Shown piece by piece: positions 11,400-21,665 of a stretch of DNA of 64,000 nucleotides. The notes under the pieces are model-generated. The model worked only from the letters and a program-made list of their open reading frames with translations. It had not been told where the DNA came from and searched no databases. Origin of the DNA: an uncultured Pelagibacteraceae bacterium. GTDB lineage: Bacteria; Pseudomonadota; Alphaproteobacteria; Pelagibacterales; Pelagibacteraceae. Within the stretch, counting starts at the first letter, position 1; the number at the start of each line of letters is the position of its first letter. Location of the stretch: the NCBI GenBank assembly GCA_902565385.1, contig CACFEW010000001.1, positions 64,361-128,360 on the forward strand, read 5' to 3'. Position numbers and translations under genes: made by a program.

Positions 11400-12952
11400 C
11401 TAATCAGTCCCTCTTTTTCTTTATTTTTTGATACATACAAAACGGTTAATAATCTTGCTATAAAATAGACAGTAAATAGTGTTGTAAATATTCCAATTCC
11501 AAGTGTTAATGAAAAACCTTTAATTGGACCTGATCCCATAAAAAATAAAATAATTGCTGCTATTAAAGTTGTAATATTCGCATCTAGTATGGCAGTTCTT
11601 GATTTTGTGTAACCGCTGTCAAACGCTATTAAATTATTTTTTTCATTCTTTAACTCCTCTTTTATTCTCTCAAAAATTAGAACATTTGCATCGACAGCCA
11701 TACCCACAGTAAGAATTATTCCTGCTATACCAGGTAAGGTTAAAGTTGCTTCAAAAATAGTTAGTATTCCAACTAATATGAAAAGATTTAATATTAAAGC
11801 AATATTAGTAATGATCCCAAAGATTTTATATTTAAAAAAAATATAAAGTACGACAAATATAAAACCAATTAATAAAGCAATCATACCTGCGTTTATAGAG
11901 TCCTGTCCTAAATCTGGACCAACAGTCCTTTCTTCAATAATATTTAGAGGAGCAGGCAACGCGCCTGATCTTAAAAGTAAAGCAAGATCTGTCGCTGATT
12001 GAAATGTAAATCCACCACTAATTTGACCAGACCCAGTTGCAATAGTATCTCTAATAACTGGAGCACTAATAACTTTTCCATCCAAAACGATAGCTAATCT
12101 TTTACCAATACCATTTGATGTTGCTTTACCGAATCTTTTTGCTCCTACCCTATCCAGAGAAAAAGTCACAACAGTCTCATTGTTTTCTGTATCCATTCTT
12201 GGTTGAGCATCTAGAAGATTTTCACCACTTAATATGATTCTTTTACTAACCATTGCTTCCTCGGTACCATCTTCGAATTCTAATTTTTCTGCTCCGAATG
12301 AACCTTCGGTGTTATTCGTAACAAATCTAAATGTTAAATTTGCAGTTTTTCCAAGTAAAGATTTTATTCTCATTGGATCATCTAAACCTGGTAACTCAAC
12401 TAATATTCTGTCATTACCTCTTTTTAAAATATTGGGTTCATTTGTACCGATTTCATCTATTCTTCTTCTAACTATTTCTAGCGCTTGATCTTGGGATGAT
12501 GTTTTTAGATTAACAATTCCTTGCTTAGAAAAAGAAACCTTAAAAAAATTATCGTCCTCAACTATATCTAATTGATGTGATTTAAACCTTTCATAATAAG
12601 GATTAAATTCACTTTCTTCTGACATAAATTCATCTAATATAATTTGTTTTGAATTTTCATCAGAGGTAAATACAAGGGTCTGATTTAAAAGTTTAAAATT
12701 AGTAATTCTGATATTTTTTTCTTTAAAATAATTTCTTATCGTAACTGTTAAATTTTGAAGTTTTTGTTCGATTACAGGATCATTATCAATTTCCAGTAAA
12801 AGATAAGAACCACCTTGTAGATCTAAACCTAAATTAATTTTTTTATTTAATATTTTGTTATCAAAATTAAAAAGGTTAGATAAAGCGAATATAATAAAAA
12901 GTAAGGAAATTAAAGTAATAAAAATAATTCTTAGTTTTGAAAAATATAACAC
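11396..12952 (-). CDS. secD: protein translocase subunit SecD
   Basis: LGLDLQGG, GMAVDANVLIFERIKEE; GTG start. Confidence 0.96.
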   Translation of the reverse strand: MLYFSKLRIIFITLISLLFIIFALSNLFNFDNKILNKKINLGLDLQGGSYLLLEIDNDPVIEQKLQNLTVTIRNYFKEKNIRITNFKLLNQTLVFTSDENSKQIILDEFMSEESEFNPYYERFKSHQLDIVEDDNFFKVSFSKQGIVNLKTSSQDQALEIVRRRIDEIGTNEPNILKRGNDRILVELPGLDDPMRIKSLLGKTANLTFRFVTNNTEGSFGAEKLEFEDGTEEAMVSKRIILSGENLLDAQPRMDTENNETVVTFSLDRVGAKRFGKATSNGIGKRLAIVLDGKVISAPVIRDTIATGSGQISGGFTFQSATDLALLLRSGALPAPLNIIEERTVGPDLGQDSINAGMIALLIGFIFVVLYIFFKYKIFGIITNIALILNLFILVGILTIFEATLTLPGIAGIILTVGMAVDANVLIFERIKEELKNEKNNLIAFDSGYTKSRTAILDANITTLIAAIILFFMGSGPIKGFSLTLGIGIFTTLFTVYFIARLLTVLYVSKNKEKEGLIR

Positions 12953-12968
12953 TTTAAATTCAAAAAAA

Positions 12969-13256
12969 TTATTTTTTTACTTCTTGAGAGTTCATTAGAC
13001 TTTGAACACCAGTGCCTCTAATCACCTCAACTGTTACATTGTCAGCAATCTCTACTTCAATTTTGTCATTATCTACAACTCTTGAAATTGTTCCTGTAAT
13101 ACCACCAGAAGTTACAATTTTGTCACCTTTTTTTAAACTCTCAACCATAGCTTTATGTTCCTTAACTTTTTTTTGCTGAGGCCTTATTAAGAAAAAATAA
13201 AAAATAACAAAAATTAAAATTAACGGTATAAATTGTCCTATTCCTGCGCTATCCAT
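12969..13256 (-). CDS. yajC: preprotein translocase subunit YajC
   Basis: FYFFLIRPQQK, GDKIVTSGGI; upstream of secDF. Confidence 0.96.
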   Translation of the reverse strand: MDSAGIGQFIPLILIFVIFYFFLIRPQQKKVKEHKAMVESLKKGDKIVTSGGITGTISRVVDNDKIEVEIADNVTVEVIRGTGVQSLMNSQEVKK

Positions 13257-13310
13257 AAAACTCCTTAATTAAAATTGACTATTTATACTATCTAAAAGGT
13301 TAAAACAACT

Positions 13311-14570
13311 TTATTTCAGGGAAATTTTTTCCAAATTGTCCATATACGGTCTTAAAACTTTTGGAATCATTATGGAGCCATCTTTTTGTTGATAATTTTC
13401 TAAAACTGCTATTAAAGTTCTGCCTACAGCTAGACCACTCCCATTTAAAGTACCTACATAAAGAGTCTCTTTTTTCTGATTCTTATATCTTGCTTTCATT
13501 CTCACAGCTTGAAAAGTTGAACAAGATGAACAAGAGGAAATTTCTCTATATTTTTTCTCTGAAGGTAGCCAAACTTCAATGTCATAAGTTTTTTCAGCAC
13601 TAAATCCCATGTCACCACTACATAAGATCATTTTTCTGTATGGCAATTCTAATAGATCTAAAATTGATGTTGCACATTTTGTCATTCTCTCAAGTTCTTC
13701 AAGGCATTTTTCCTGTTCGACGATACTAACCATTTCAACTTTGTAAAACTGATGCTGTCTAATCATACCTTTTGTATCTTTGCCATAACTACCCGCCTCT
13801 TTTCTAAAGCATGGTGTAGAGGCAACAAATCTCATTGGTAAATCTTTTTGATTAATAATCTTATCTTTAACAATATTAGTTAAAATCACTTCTGCAGTAG
13901 GTATCAAAAACTTTCTTTCACTCTTATCATCAAGTTTTATTTCAAATTGATCATTTTCAAATTTAGGAAGTTGACCTGTGCCAAACATAGTACTTTCAGA
14001 TGCGAATAAAGGTGGTGAAATTTCCTCATAATCATTTTTTAATATATGCGTATCTAACATAAAATTTGAAATTGCTCTTTCTAGTAACGCCAGTTTATTT
14101 TTTACGAATACAAACCGTGAGCCTGTAGTTTTTGTAGCAAGGTCAAAATCAAGCATTCCAAGTTTTTCACCTAATTCATAATGTGATAAGGGTTTAAAAT
14201 CAAAATTTGGTATTTGACCTGATTTCATGATTTCTACATTATCATTTTCATCTTTTCCGCTCGGAACATCTTTATGAGGAATATTTGGGATAAATGATAA
14301 AATTTTATCTAGTTGGTTTTTTATTATTTTTTGCTGTCTTGATATTTCGTCTATTTCATTTGAAATTTCTTTTGATTTTTCAAATAATTTTTCATCTTTA
14401 GATTTTGAAATTTCTTTCTTTTCATTCTCTAAAGTCTCTTTTTTTTGAATAAAATTTCTATTTTTGACATCTAAATCTTCAAGTTCCTTAAAATCTATCT
14501 TAAGAAATCTACCTTTCAGAGCGTTTTTGAAATCATCAAAATTTTTTCTTATTTCCTTTAAGTTATGCAT
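13311..14570 (-). CDS. serS: seryl-tRNA synthetase
   Basis: LIPTAEV, CFRKEAG, REISSCS, TLNGSGLA. Confidence 0.97.
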   Translation of the reverse strand: MHNLKEIRKNFDDFKNALKGRFLKIDFKELEDLDVKNRNFIQKKETLENEKKEISKSKDEKLFEKSKEISNEIDEISRQQKIIKNQLDKILSFIPNIPHKDVPSGKDENDNVEIMKSGQIPNFDFKPLSHYELGEKLGMLDFDLATKTTGSRFVFVKNKLALLERAISNFMLDTHILKNDYEEISPPLFASESTMFGTGQLPKFENDQFEIKLDDKSERKFLIPTAEVILTNIVKDKIINQKDLPMRFVASTPCFRKEAGSYGKDTKGMIRQHQFYKVEMVSIVEQEKCLEELERMTKCATSILDLLELPYRKMILCSGDMGFSAEKTYDIEVWLPSEKKYREISSCSSCSTFQAVRMKARYKNQKKETLYVGTLNGSGLAVGRTLIAVLENYQQKDGSIMIPKVLRPYMDNLEKISLK

Positions 14571-15333
14571 TAGAATCTTTAAATTTCTTATCCTCTATAA
14601 ACTTTACAGAAAAAATTGATAATTCATATAAAATTAATAGTGGAATAGCTAAACCAATTTGGGTTATAGGGTCGGGTGGTGTTAATAATGCTGCTGCAGC
14701 AAAAATTATAACTACAACGTATTTTCTTCTTTTCTTTAAAAATTCAGAATCAACAACACCAATTCTTGCTAGTAAACTCAAGACCACAGGTAATTGAAAA
14801 CTTATACCAAAAGCAAAAATAAGTTTCATGACTAGTGATAAATATTCATTTACCTTTGCTTCTAGTTGAATCGGTAAATTTGTAGATAAACCTGTACTTT
14901 CAAACGATAAAAAAAACTTTATCGCTAATGGCATTATCAAATAATAAACTAACATCCCCCCAAGAAAAAAAAGTACTGGAGTTAATATTAGATAAGGTAA
15001 TATTGCATGCTTTTCATGTTTATATAAACCAGGCGCTATAAATTTCCAAATTTGCATCAGTATAAACGGGCAAGTGACAAAGAATGCTGTAAAGAAAGAA
15101 ATCTTCAGATATGTTAAAAAAGTTTCCTGGAGAGCGGTAAATATTAATCTTCTGTCAGTTCCATCATTTTTAACAGCTTGGGCAAAAGGATCTACTAAAA
15201 AACCATATAAATGTTCTGCAAAAAAATAACATCCAATAAAAAAAACAATTAGAAAAATAAAACTATGTATAAGTCTTTTTCTTAGTTCAGCTAAATGGCT
15301 TACAAAACCACCCTCTTTATCATTCTGACTCAT
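14563..15333 (-). CDS. tatC: twin-arginine translocase TatC
   Basis: HLAELRKRL, FIAPGLY, LTPPDPITQ. Confidence 0.96.
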   Translation of the reverse strand: MSQNDKEGGFVSHLAELRKRLIHSFIFLIVFFIGCYFFAEHLYGFLVDPFAQAVKNDGTDRRLIFTALQETFLTYLKISFFTAFFVTCPFILMQIWKFIAPGLYKHEKHAILPYLILTPVLFFLGGMLVYYLIMPLAIKFFLSFESTGLSTNLPIQLEAKVNEYLSLVMKLIFAFGISFQLPVVLSLLARIGVVDSEFLKKRRKYVVVIIFAAAALLTPPDPITQIGLAIPLLILYELSIFSVKFIEDKKFKDSNA

Positions 15334-15535
15334 GCTTTTTTTCTTCTTTTTTTTCTATTTTGTCATTTTCAATATCAATATTTGAAACTTCATTTTGGAC
15401 GTTATTTATATAATTCTTAATTGTACCAATCCATGAACCAACTTTTTTTAACATTATTGGAAAATCTTTTGGTCCAAGAACAACAATAGCTATTGCTACG
15501 ATAATTAAAATCTCAAACCAACCAATAGTAGGCAT
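15320..15535 (-). CDS. tatB: twin-arginine translocase TatB (short)
   Basis: IGWFEILII...LGPKDFP; between tatA and tatC. Confidence 0.9.
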   Translation of the reverse strand: MPTIGWFEILIIVAIAIVVLGPKDFPIMLKKVGSWIGTIKNYINNVQNEVSNIDIENDKIEKKEEKKHESE

Positions 15536-15540
15536 GTGAT

Positions 15541-15741
15541 TTAATCTTTTTTGTTATTATCTTGATTATCTTCGGAAATATTTTTAGGTTCGTTGTCATC
15601 AGTAACATCTGATGCCATGCCTTTTTTGAAGCTCTTAATACCTTTAGCAACATCTCCCATCAGACTTGAAATCTTACCTCTTCCAAAAAGTAATACTACA
15701 AGTATAACAACAATTGCTATCTGCCAAATTCCTATGCTCAT
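15541..15741 (-). CDS. tatA: twin-arginine translocase TatA
   Basis: [25 protein letters not shown]. Confidence 0.95.
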   Translation of the reverse strand: MSIGIWQIAIVVILVVLLFGRGKISSLMGDVAKGIKSFKKGMASDVTDDNEPKNISEDNQDNNKKD

Positions 15742-15796
15742 AGAAAAGTTATATATCTTTTATTCTTAATTTTAAAGTGACTTTTTTTAACCTAAG

Positions 15797-16504
15797 TTAT
15801 GAATTCTTATTTTTCTCCTCAGAGTCTAGAGTGCTGCTTAGCATTTCATCAATATTCGAATAAATATCCTCTTTTTTACCATCTTGTTTCTCTTTATAAA
15901 ATTTACCAGTTCCGAAAATAGCATTATCAATATTTGTACTATCGATGAGACCAGCGGCACCCAATTCATCAACAGTTGGTAAATCGGATAACTTTTGAAG
16001 ATTAAAATGACTTAAAAAATCGTCAGTTGTAACATATTGAATTGGTTTTCCAGGGACATCTTTTCTACCACCTGGTTTTACCCAGTTTAGTTCCATCAAA
16101 ATTTCAAGAGTATTTGTACCAAATGCAACACCTCTAATTTCTTCAATTTCAGCACGTGTTACTGGTTGATGATAAACAATGATTGCAAGTGTTTCAATTG
16201 CAGCTCTTGATAATTTTTTTTCAACAGTTTTTTCCTGTTTCATAATTTCAGAAAGATTTGGCGATGTTCTAAATGACCATTTTTTTGAGATACACACTAA
16301 ATTAATACCTCGATTGGAATATTCGTTTTGTAATTTTAATAAAATTTTTTCGACATTAGTTTTTTTTGAAATCTTATTTTCTATAGTTTCAATATCAAGT
16401 GGCTCAGCAGCTGCAAAAACTATTGCTTCAATTTCTTTTTCAATTGAGGATAATTTATTAGGAAAATCAATAACATTATCTTTTTTAGTATTTCTTTTAT
16501 TCAT
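15797..16504 (-). CDS. scpB: SMC-Scp complex subunit ScpB
   Basis: LSRAAIETLAIIVYHQPVTRAEIEEIRGV. Confidence 0.96.
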   Translation of the reverse strand: MNKRNTKKDNVIDFPNKLSSIEKEIEAIVFAAAEPLDIETIENKISKKTNVEKILLKLQNEYSNRGINLVCISKKWSFRTSPNLSEIMKQEKTVEKKLSRAAIETLAIIVYHQPVTRAEIEEIRGVAFGTNTLEILMELNWVKPGGRKDVPGKPIQYVTTDDFLSHFNLQKLSDLPTVDELGAAGLIDSTNIDNAIFGTGKFYKEKQDGKKEDIYSNIDEMLSSTLDSEEKNKNS

Positions 16505-17241
16505 TATTTTTCCTTAATAAAAATATCATCAAATAAATTTTCTTGTTTAATTTTTAAGTTACCTTCTTTCACAAGTTCAAGTGATCCTGCAAAAATACCT
16601 GCTGTACCAGTTTTTTTGTATTTTGTAATACTCTTAAAATTTTTAGGTATCAAGTCCTCTAATTTTTTCCAATCAGTTAGTTTTCCAAAAAAATCTCTGA
16701 TTGTTTTAATCCCCTCTTCAGTTGTAAAAACAGGGAGTTTAGGAATATTTATTTTTTGAAAATCTTTAGTCATAATAATAGTTGAATATGTTTTTAGTAA
16801 TTCAAATAAATTTACTTTAATTTCACTGTTATAAATGGGTCTAATGCCTGCCCTTACACCTCTTGTTCTGATTTCACGACCTAATCTTTTACGCTTTAAC
16901 ATTTGCTCTGATAATAATCTGATTAATTCTAATTTTTTAAGTTGGAGTTTTAATTTTTCTGCCACTTCTTGAACTTTAAACTCCTCCTCAGGTGTTCCAG
17001 GTAAAAGAAGTTTAGATTTCAAATAAGCAAGCCATGTAGCCATAAGTAAATACTCAGAGGCGGACTCTAGATTTAGATTTTTTTGGTTTGTTATAAAATC
17101 ATGAAATTGATCTGCAAGTTTTGTAATAGAAATATTTTCTAAATTCACCTTTTGAGATTTTGCAAGGTCTAACAATATATCTAATGGACCGTTATAATTT
17201 TCAATATCAACACTAAAAAGTGAGGAATCATTTTCTGTCAT
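16504..17241 (-). CDS. scpA: segregation/condensation protein ScpA
   Basis: YNGPLDILLDL, YLLMATWLAYLKSKLLLP. Confidence 0.95.
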   Translation of the reverse strand: MTENDSSLFSVDIENYNGPLDILLDLAKSQKVNLENISITKLADQFHDFITNQKNLNLESASEYLLMATWLAYLKSKLLLPGTPEEEFKVQEVAEKLKLQLKKLELIRLLSEQMLKRKRLGREIRTRGVRAGIRPIYNSEIKVNLFELLKTYSTIIMTKDFQKINIPKLPVFTTEEGIKTIRDFFGKLTDWKKLEDLIPKNFKSITKYKKTGTAGIFAGSLELVKEGNLKIKQENLFDDIFIKEK

Positions 17242-17250
17242 AAGCGAATA

Positions 17251-18198
17251 CTAACTTATTATCTTATAAAATTGTGATGTTTTTTTTATTACAAATTTGC
17301 TTATGAAAGGTGAATTTTCAGCAACAATTTCCATCTCATTTTCTTTGGCATTACAATGTAAAACAAGATTACAACCAGCATTAAACGCATTGATTGTATT
17401 TTCTTTAATTTTACCTTTTAAACTTTTCATTGATATATCGTCAGAAATCAAAATATTCTTAAAACCTATTTTATTTCTTATTAATTTTATCATTTTTTTA
17501 GAATGCGTTACTGTGTTTTTTAAATCGATCTTTTTGAATATGATGTGGGCTGTCATTGCAAAAAAAGAATTTTTTCTTTTGAAAGGAAAAAAATCATTTT
17601 TTAATAAGTAATCCAAATTTTTACTAATTACGGGTGTAAAATGGTGACTATCAACTTTTGCTAAACCATGTCCTGGTATATGTTTAATAACAGTTCCTAC
17701 GCCATTATTGTGGTGATAGTTGATACAATAATCGCCAATTTTAGAAACAATTTTGGGATTACTAGAGAAAGATCTGTCTCCAATAATTGATGATGAACCT
17801 TTCTTTCTAAGATCTAAAACAGGACAAGTGTTGATATTAACTCCTATCAATTTTAATAAATATGATGTTTTATCAATAAATAATTTATAGAAAAAATTAA
17901 ATTCCTTAGGTTTTTTTATAAATTTTTTGCCAAAAAATTCAGAGGTTAAATTTTCAAAAGATATAATATTTTTAAGTCGGTTTACTCTACCACCCTCTTG
18001 ATCAATTAAGATTGGATATTTATTATCGTTAAAGATTTTTCGAATAGATGTGGTTAATTGTTTTGCCTGTTTGATATCTTTTATGTTTCTGGTAAATAAA
18101 ATTACTCCCCATGGCTTATATTTTCTTAGAAAATTCTTTTCTCTGGAGCTAAGTTTTGTTGATTTAATACCGATAATAAAAGATCTTCGATTATTCAT
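17251..18198 (-). CDS. nagZ: beta-N-acetylhexosaminidase (GH3)
   Basis: DQEGGRV, KHIPGHG, DSH motifs; start taken as the ATG at 18198 overlapping the upstream stop. Confidence 0.93.
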   Translation of the reverse strand: MNNRRSFIIGIKSTKLSSREKNFLRKYKPWGVILFTRNIKDIKQAKQLTTSIRKIFNDNKYPILIDQEGGRVNRLKNIISFENLTSEFFGKKFIKKPKEFNFFYKLFIDKTSYLLKLIGVNINTCPVLDLRKKGSSSIIGDRSFSSNPKIVSKIGDYCINYHHNNGVGTVIKHIPGHGLAKVDSHHFTPVISKNLDYLLKNDFFPFKRKNSFFAMTAHIIFKKIDLKNTVTHSKKMIKLIRNKIGFKNILISDDISMKSLKGKIKENTINAFNAGCNLVLHCNAKENEMEIVAENSPFISKFVIKKTSQFYKIIS

Positions 18199-18455
18199 TA
18201 ATCTAGAAGTTTCCAAAAATTAAATTTTTTCTTTTTATCTTTATTAGATTTCTCTACATATTGAATGATATCTTTGGTATCATTTTCTAAAACTGGCAAT
18301 TTTTCAGAATAAATATTAATTTTTTTGTCAATATTACTCAAAGATCTAAAAGAATTTTTTTTATTATCATCCGAAAAGTAATACTTACCTGTAAAAAATA
18401 TAAAAAAACCGATGAGTAATAAAAATATTAAATATTTAATCTCTTTTAGCATCAC
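18198..18455 (-). CDS. small single-pass membrane protein, unknown function
   Basis: 85 aa, one N-terminal hydrophobic helix; overlaps argS stop and nagZ start. Confidence 0.75.
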   Translation of the reverse strand: MMLKEIKYLIFLLLIGFFIFFTGKYYFSDDNKKNSFRSLSNIDKKINIYSEKLPVLENDTKDIIQYVEKSNKDKKKKFNFWKLLD

Positions 18456-20182
18456 ATTTTATCTGGCGTAGACACTCCAACTATATTCATCCCAGATTTT
18501 ATTACATTGGAAATAGCTTTTAGGAAAATTAATTTATCATCAGTTATTTTTTTTTGATCATTGATAAATCTTTTGTCTGGATTTTCCTTACCTAAATTCC
18601 AATATGAATGAAATAAAGAGGCTAATTCATATAAGTACGTCGGTATTCTATGCGGCTCAAGCTTATTACAAGATATATCAATACACTTGGGCCATTCAGA
18701 TAATTTTTTTAAGATTTTTATTTCATCTTTGGAATATTCAAAATCGTAATTAGTAATATCTAGATCTGATTTTAAATCTTTATCAAGATGTCTATATACT
18801 GAACATATTCTTGCATAACAGTATTGAACGTAATAAAGGGGGTTATCTTTTGATTTTTCTATAACGTTATCAAAATCAAAATCTAGTTCAACATCACTAC
18901 TTCGATTTAGCATTATAAATCTTGTTGGATCTTTTCCTACCTCATTAATTAAATCTTCTATAGTTATGTAGTCCCCTTTTCTTTTAGACATTTTAAAGGG
19001 TTTCTTATCTTTAATAAGTTTAACAAGTTGGCTAACTTTACAAATTAATCTATCTTTAGAGTTTGATAAGGCTTCGACAGATGATGAAATTCTTTTTATA
19101 TAACCAGCATGATCTGCACCTAAAATATTAATTAGCCTATCAAATTTTCTGTCTAATTTATTTTTGTGGTATGCAACATCACTTGCAAAATAAGTCCAAG
19201 CACCATCAGATTTTTGTAATGCTCTATCTTTGTCATCTCCAAAATCAGTTGATCGAAAAAGCAACTGTTCGCGTTCAACCCAATTACTGTCATCTTCACC
19301 AGCAGGTGCCTTTATTTTTCCTTTATAAACAAATTTATTTTTATGAAGAAATTCAACAACTTTTTCCACTTCTTGATTTTCAACTAATTTTTTTTCACTG
19401 ACAAAGTTATCATGATTAATACCAAGACTTTTAAGATTACTTTTGATTAATTTTAATGCCTCATTAATAGCTAAAGAAGTCAATTCTTGAGATACTTTGT
19501 CAAAATTTTTAAAATCAATATTTTTATTTGAGTTTAAAATGTTTTGAGCAAAACCAATTAAATAGTCTCCTGGATATAAATTTTCATTATCAGCTGGAAA
19601 AGGTTCATTAAAAGAAATCTCTCTTATTCTATAATAAACTGACTTTGTAAAATTTATAATCTGATTACCGTAGTCGTTTATATAATACTCTTTTGTAACT
19701 TTATTATTATTAAATAATAAAAGATTAGCCATCACATCGCCTAATATTGCTCCTCTACAATGACCAACATGTAAAGGACCTGTTGGATTGGCAGATACAA
19801 ATTCTATTAGGTAATTTCTTTTAATATTTTTATTTGTTCCAAAAGAATTAGAATTTTTAATTACTTCTTTAATAAAGTTTGTCCAAAAAATGGGTTTAAA
19901 TTTAATATTGATAAAACCAGGTTTTGCAACTGATATCTCTTCAATAAATTGATCCTCTTTTTTGATTTTTTCTGCCAAGATTGACGCCAGATCTAATGGA
20001 GATTTATTATTAATCTTAGAAAGGACCATTGCAACATTAGTAGAAATATCACTATCAAATTTTGAAGGTGGAATTTCTGCAGTTATCCCGTTAAGTGAAT
20101 CTGGTAGAATTAAATCTCCATTTGAAGAAAGTGTTGAAAGGATTTCTTTTATTTTATCTAAGTACTGTTCAAAAATATTCAT
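18452..20182 (-). CDS. argS: arginyl-tRNA synthetase
   Basis: EFVSANPTGPLHVGH, KMSKRKG. Confidence 0.97.
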   Translation of the reverse strand: MNIFEQYLDKIKEILSTLSSNGDLILPDSLNGITAEIPPSKFDSDISTNVAMVLSKINNKSPLDLASILAEKIKKEDQFIEEISVAKPGFINIKFKPIFWTNFIKEVIKNSNSFGTNKNIKRNYLIEFVSANPTGPLHVGHCRGAILGDVMANLLLFNNNKVTKEYYINDYGNQIINFTKSVYYRIREISFNEPFPADNENLYPGDYLIGFAQNILNSNKNIDFKNFDKVSQELTSLAINEALKLIKSNLKSLGINHDNFVSEKKLVENQEVEKVVEFLHKNKFVYKGKIKAPAGEDDSNWVEREQLLFRSTDFGDDKDRALQKSDGAWTYFASDVAYHKNKLDRKFDRLINILGADHAGYIKRISSSVEALSNSKDRLICKVSQLVKLIKDKKPFKMSKRKGDYITIEDLINEVGKDPTRFIMLNRSSDVELDFDFDNVIEKSKDNPLYYVQYCYARICSVYRHLDKDLKSDLDITNYDFEYSKDEIKILKKLSEWPKCIDISCNKLEPHRIPTYLYELASLFHSYWNLGKENPDKRFINDQKKITDDKLIFLKAISNVIKSGMNIVGVSTPDKM

Positions 20183-21297
20183 TTAAAGTTTTTGTGAAGG
20201 TTGATTGCATATCTGTCTGTCATTCCTGATATAAAATCTGAAATTGCTCTATATTTATCCTTTGAGAGATGATTTTTTGAAATAAATTTTTTAGGGTTTT
20301 TTTGTATTTTATTAAACAGTTTTTTAATTATTAATTTGCCATTATCGTTTTTTTTCAGAACTGCATTATTATTATACATCTTTGTTTTTAAAAAAAATCT
20401 TATTTCATTCACAGAATCTTTGACTTTTTCAGAAAAATCTACCATTGTTAAATTTGCTTTAGTAATATCTTTATAATTTTTTATTTTGTTAATCTTCAAA
20501 TTAGTTTTGGTATTTTTAATTAAATCTCTTATCATTTGATCAATAGAGTCTCTTATAATCTGATATGTTGCAATTTTATAGTTTTGTTTGTTTATCTTTT
20601 TTTTATATTTTTTATAAATATCTTTAAAAAAGTTAATTTCAATTAACTCCTCTAGTTCAAATAAATTTGCATTTATACCATCTTGAATATCATGATTGTT
20701 ATAAGCTATATCATCTGAAATAGCTGAAACTTGAGCCTCTAATGATGGATAAGTCTCAAAATTAATCTTATGATTGAATTTTTTTACACCAATAAGACTA
20801 TCAACTAAATCTAATTCATAAACAGGACCATTATGCTTAAGCAATCCCTCTAAGGTTTCAATTGAAAGATTTAATCCACTATACTTAAGATATTTATTCT
20901 CCAAAAACATAACCACACGAAGAGTTTGTAAATTATGATCAAAGCCTCCATAATCTTCCATACATTCATTAAGAGAGTCCTCACCAGCATGACCAAAAGG
21001 TGGATGGCCCAAATCATGTGCCAAACTTAAGGTTTCAGCTAGATCTTCATTCAATTCAAGATATCTTGCAATAGATCGCGCAATTTGAGCAACTTCCATT
21101 GAATGGGTTAATCTTGTTCTGTAATGATCACCTTCTGTGTTTACAAATACTTGTGTCTTGTGTTTGAGCCTTCGAAATGAGGCGCTGTGAACTATTCGAT
21201 CTCTATCTCTTTGAAATGGCGATCTATATTTTGATACAGATTCTTTGAATATTCTTCCTTTGCTTTTAGTAAGAGCAATCTTTGAGTATTTTTTCAT
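20179..21297 (-). CDS. dgt: deoxyguanosinetriphosphate triphosphohydrolase-like HD protein
   Basis: FRRLKHKTQV, RLTHS, HDLGHPPFGHAGE, DDIAY. Confidence 0.95.
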   Translation of the reverse strand: MKKYSKIALTKSKGRIFKESVSKYRSPFQRDRDRIVHSASFRRLKHKTQVFVNTEGDHYRTRLTHSMEVAQIARSIARYLELNEDLAETLSLAHDLGHPPFGHAGEDSLNECMEDYGGFDHNLQTLRVVMFLENKYLKYSGLNLSIETLEGLLKHNGPVYELDLVDSLIGVKKFNHKINFETYPSLEAQVSAISDDIAYNNHDIQDGINANLFELEELIEINFFKDIYKKYKKKINKQNYKIATYQIIRDSIDQMIRDLIKNTKTNLKINKIKNYKDITKANLTMVDFSEKVKDSVNEIRFFLKTKMYNNNAVLKKNDNGKLIIKKLFNKIQKNPKKFISKNHLSKDKYRAISDFISGMTDRYAINLHKNFK

Positions 21298-21347
21298 CCT
21301 TTAAAATTAAAATTTAAGTATTATATTAGTAATACCAGTGATCAATA

Positions 21348-21665
21348 ATGATTAAAGAAATTAAATTTACTGATAAGGCTCTAAAACAGATCAATGTTTT
21401 GCTGTCTAAAAAAGACAAAGGGTCGTTTTTTAGAATCGCTATCAAAGGTGGTGGTTGCTCAGGCTTCCAATATGAATTTACTTTTGACAAAGAAAAAGCA
21501 GCCGATGATTTAAATTATGAAAATATATTGATAGATAAAACCTCTGCAGATTTATTAAAAGGATCAGAAATAGACTATGTTTCTGAATTAATTGGTGAAC
21601 AATTCAAAATAACTAATCCGCAAACCAAATCTTCTTGTGGTTGTGGTGTTTCGTTTTCTCTTTAA
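21348..21665 (+). CDS. erpA: HesB/IscA family Fe-S insertion protein
   Basis: GGGCSGFQY and C-terminal SSCGCGVSF. Confidence 0.88.
   Translation: MIKEIKFTDKALKQINVLLSKKDKGSFFRIAIKGGGCSGFQYEFTFDKEKAADDLNYENILIDKTSADLLKGSEIDYVSELIGEQFKITNPQTKSSCGCGVSFSL

Noticed and set aside
20179-21297. dGTPase as an anti-phage defence gene
   Set aside because: It sits in the conserved housekeeping argS-dgt-erpA-xth context, with no defence-island neighbours.
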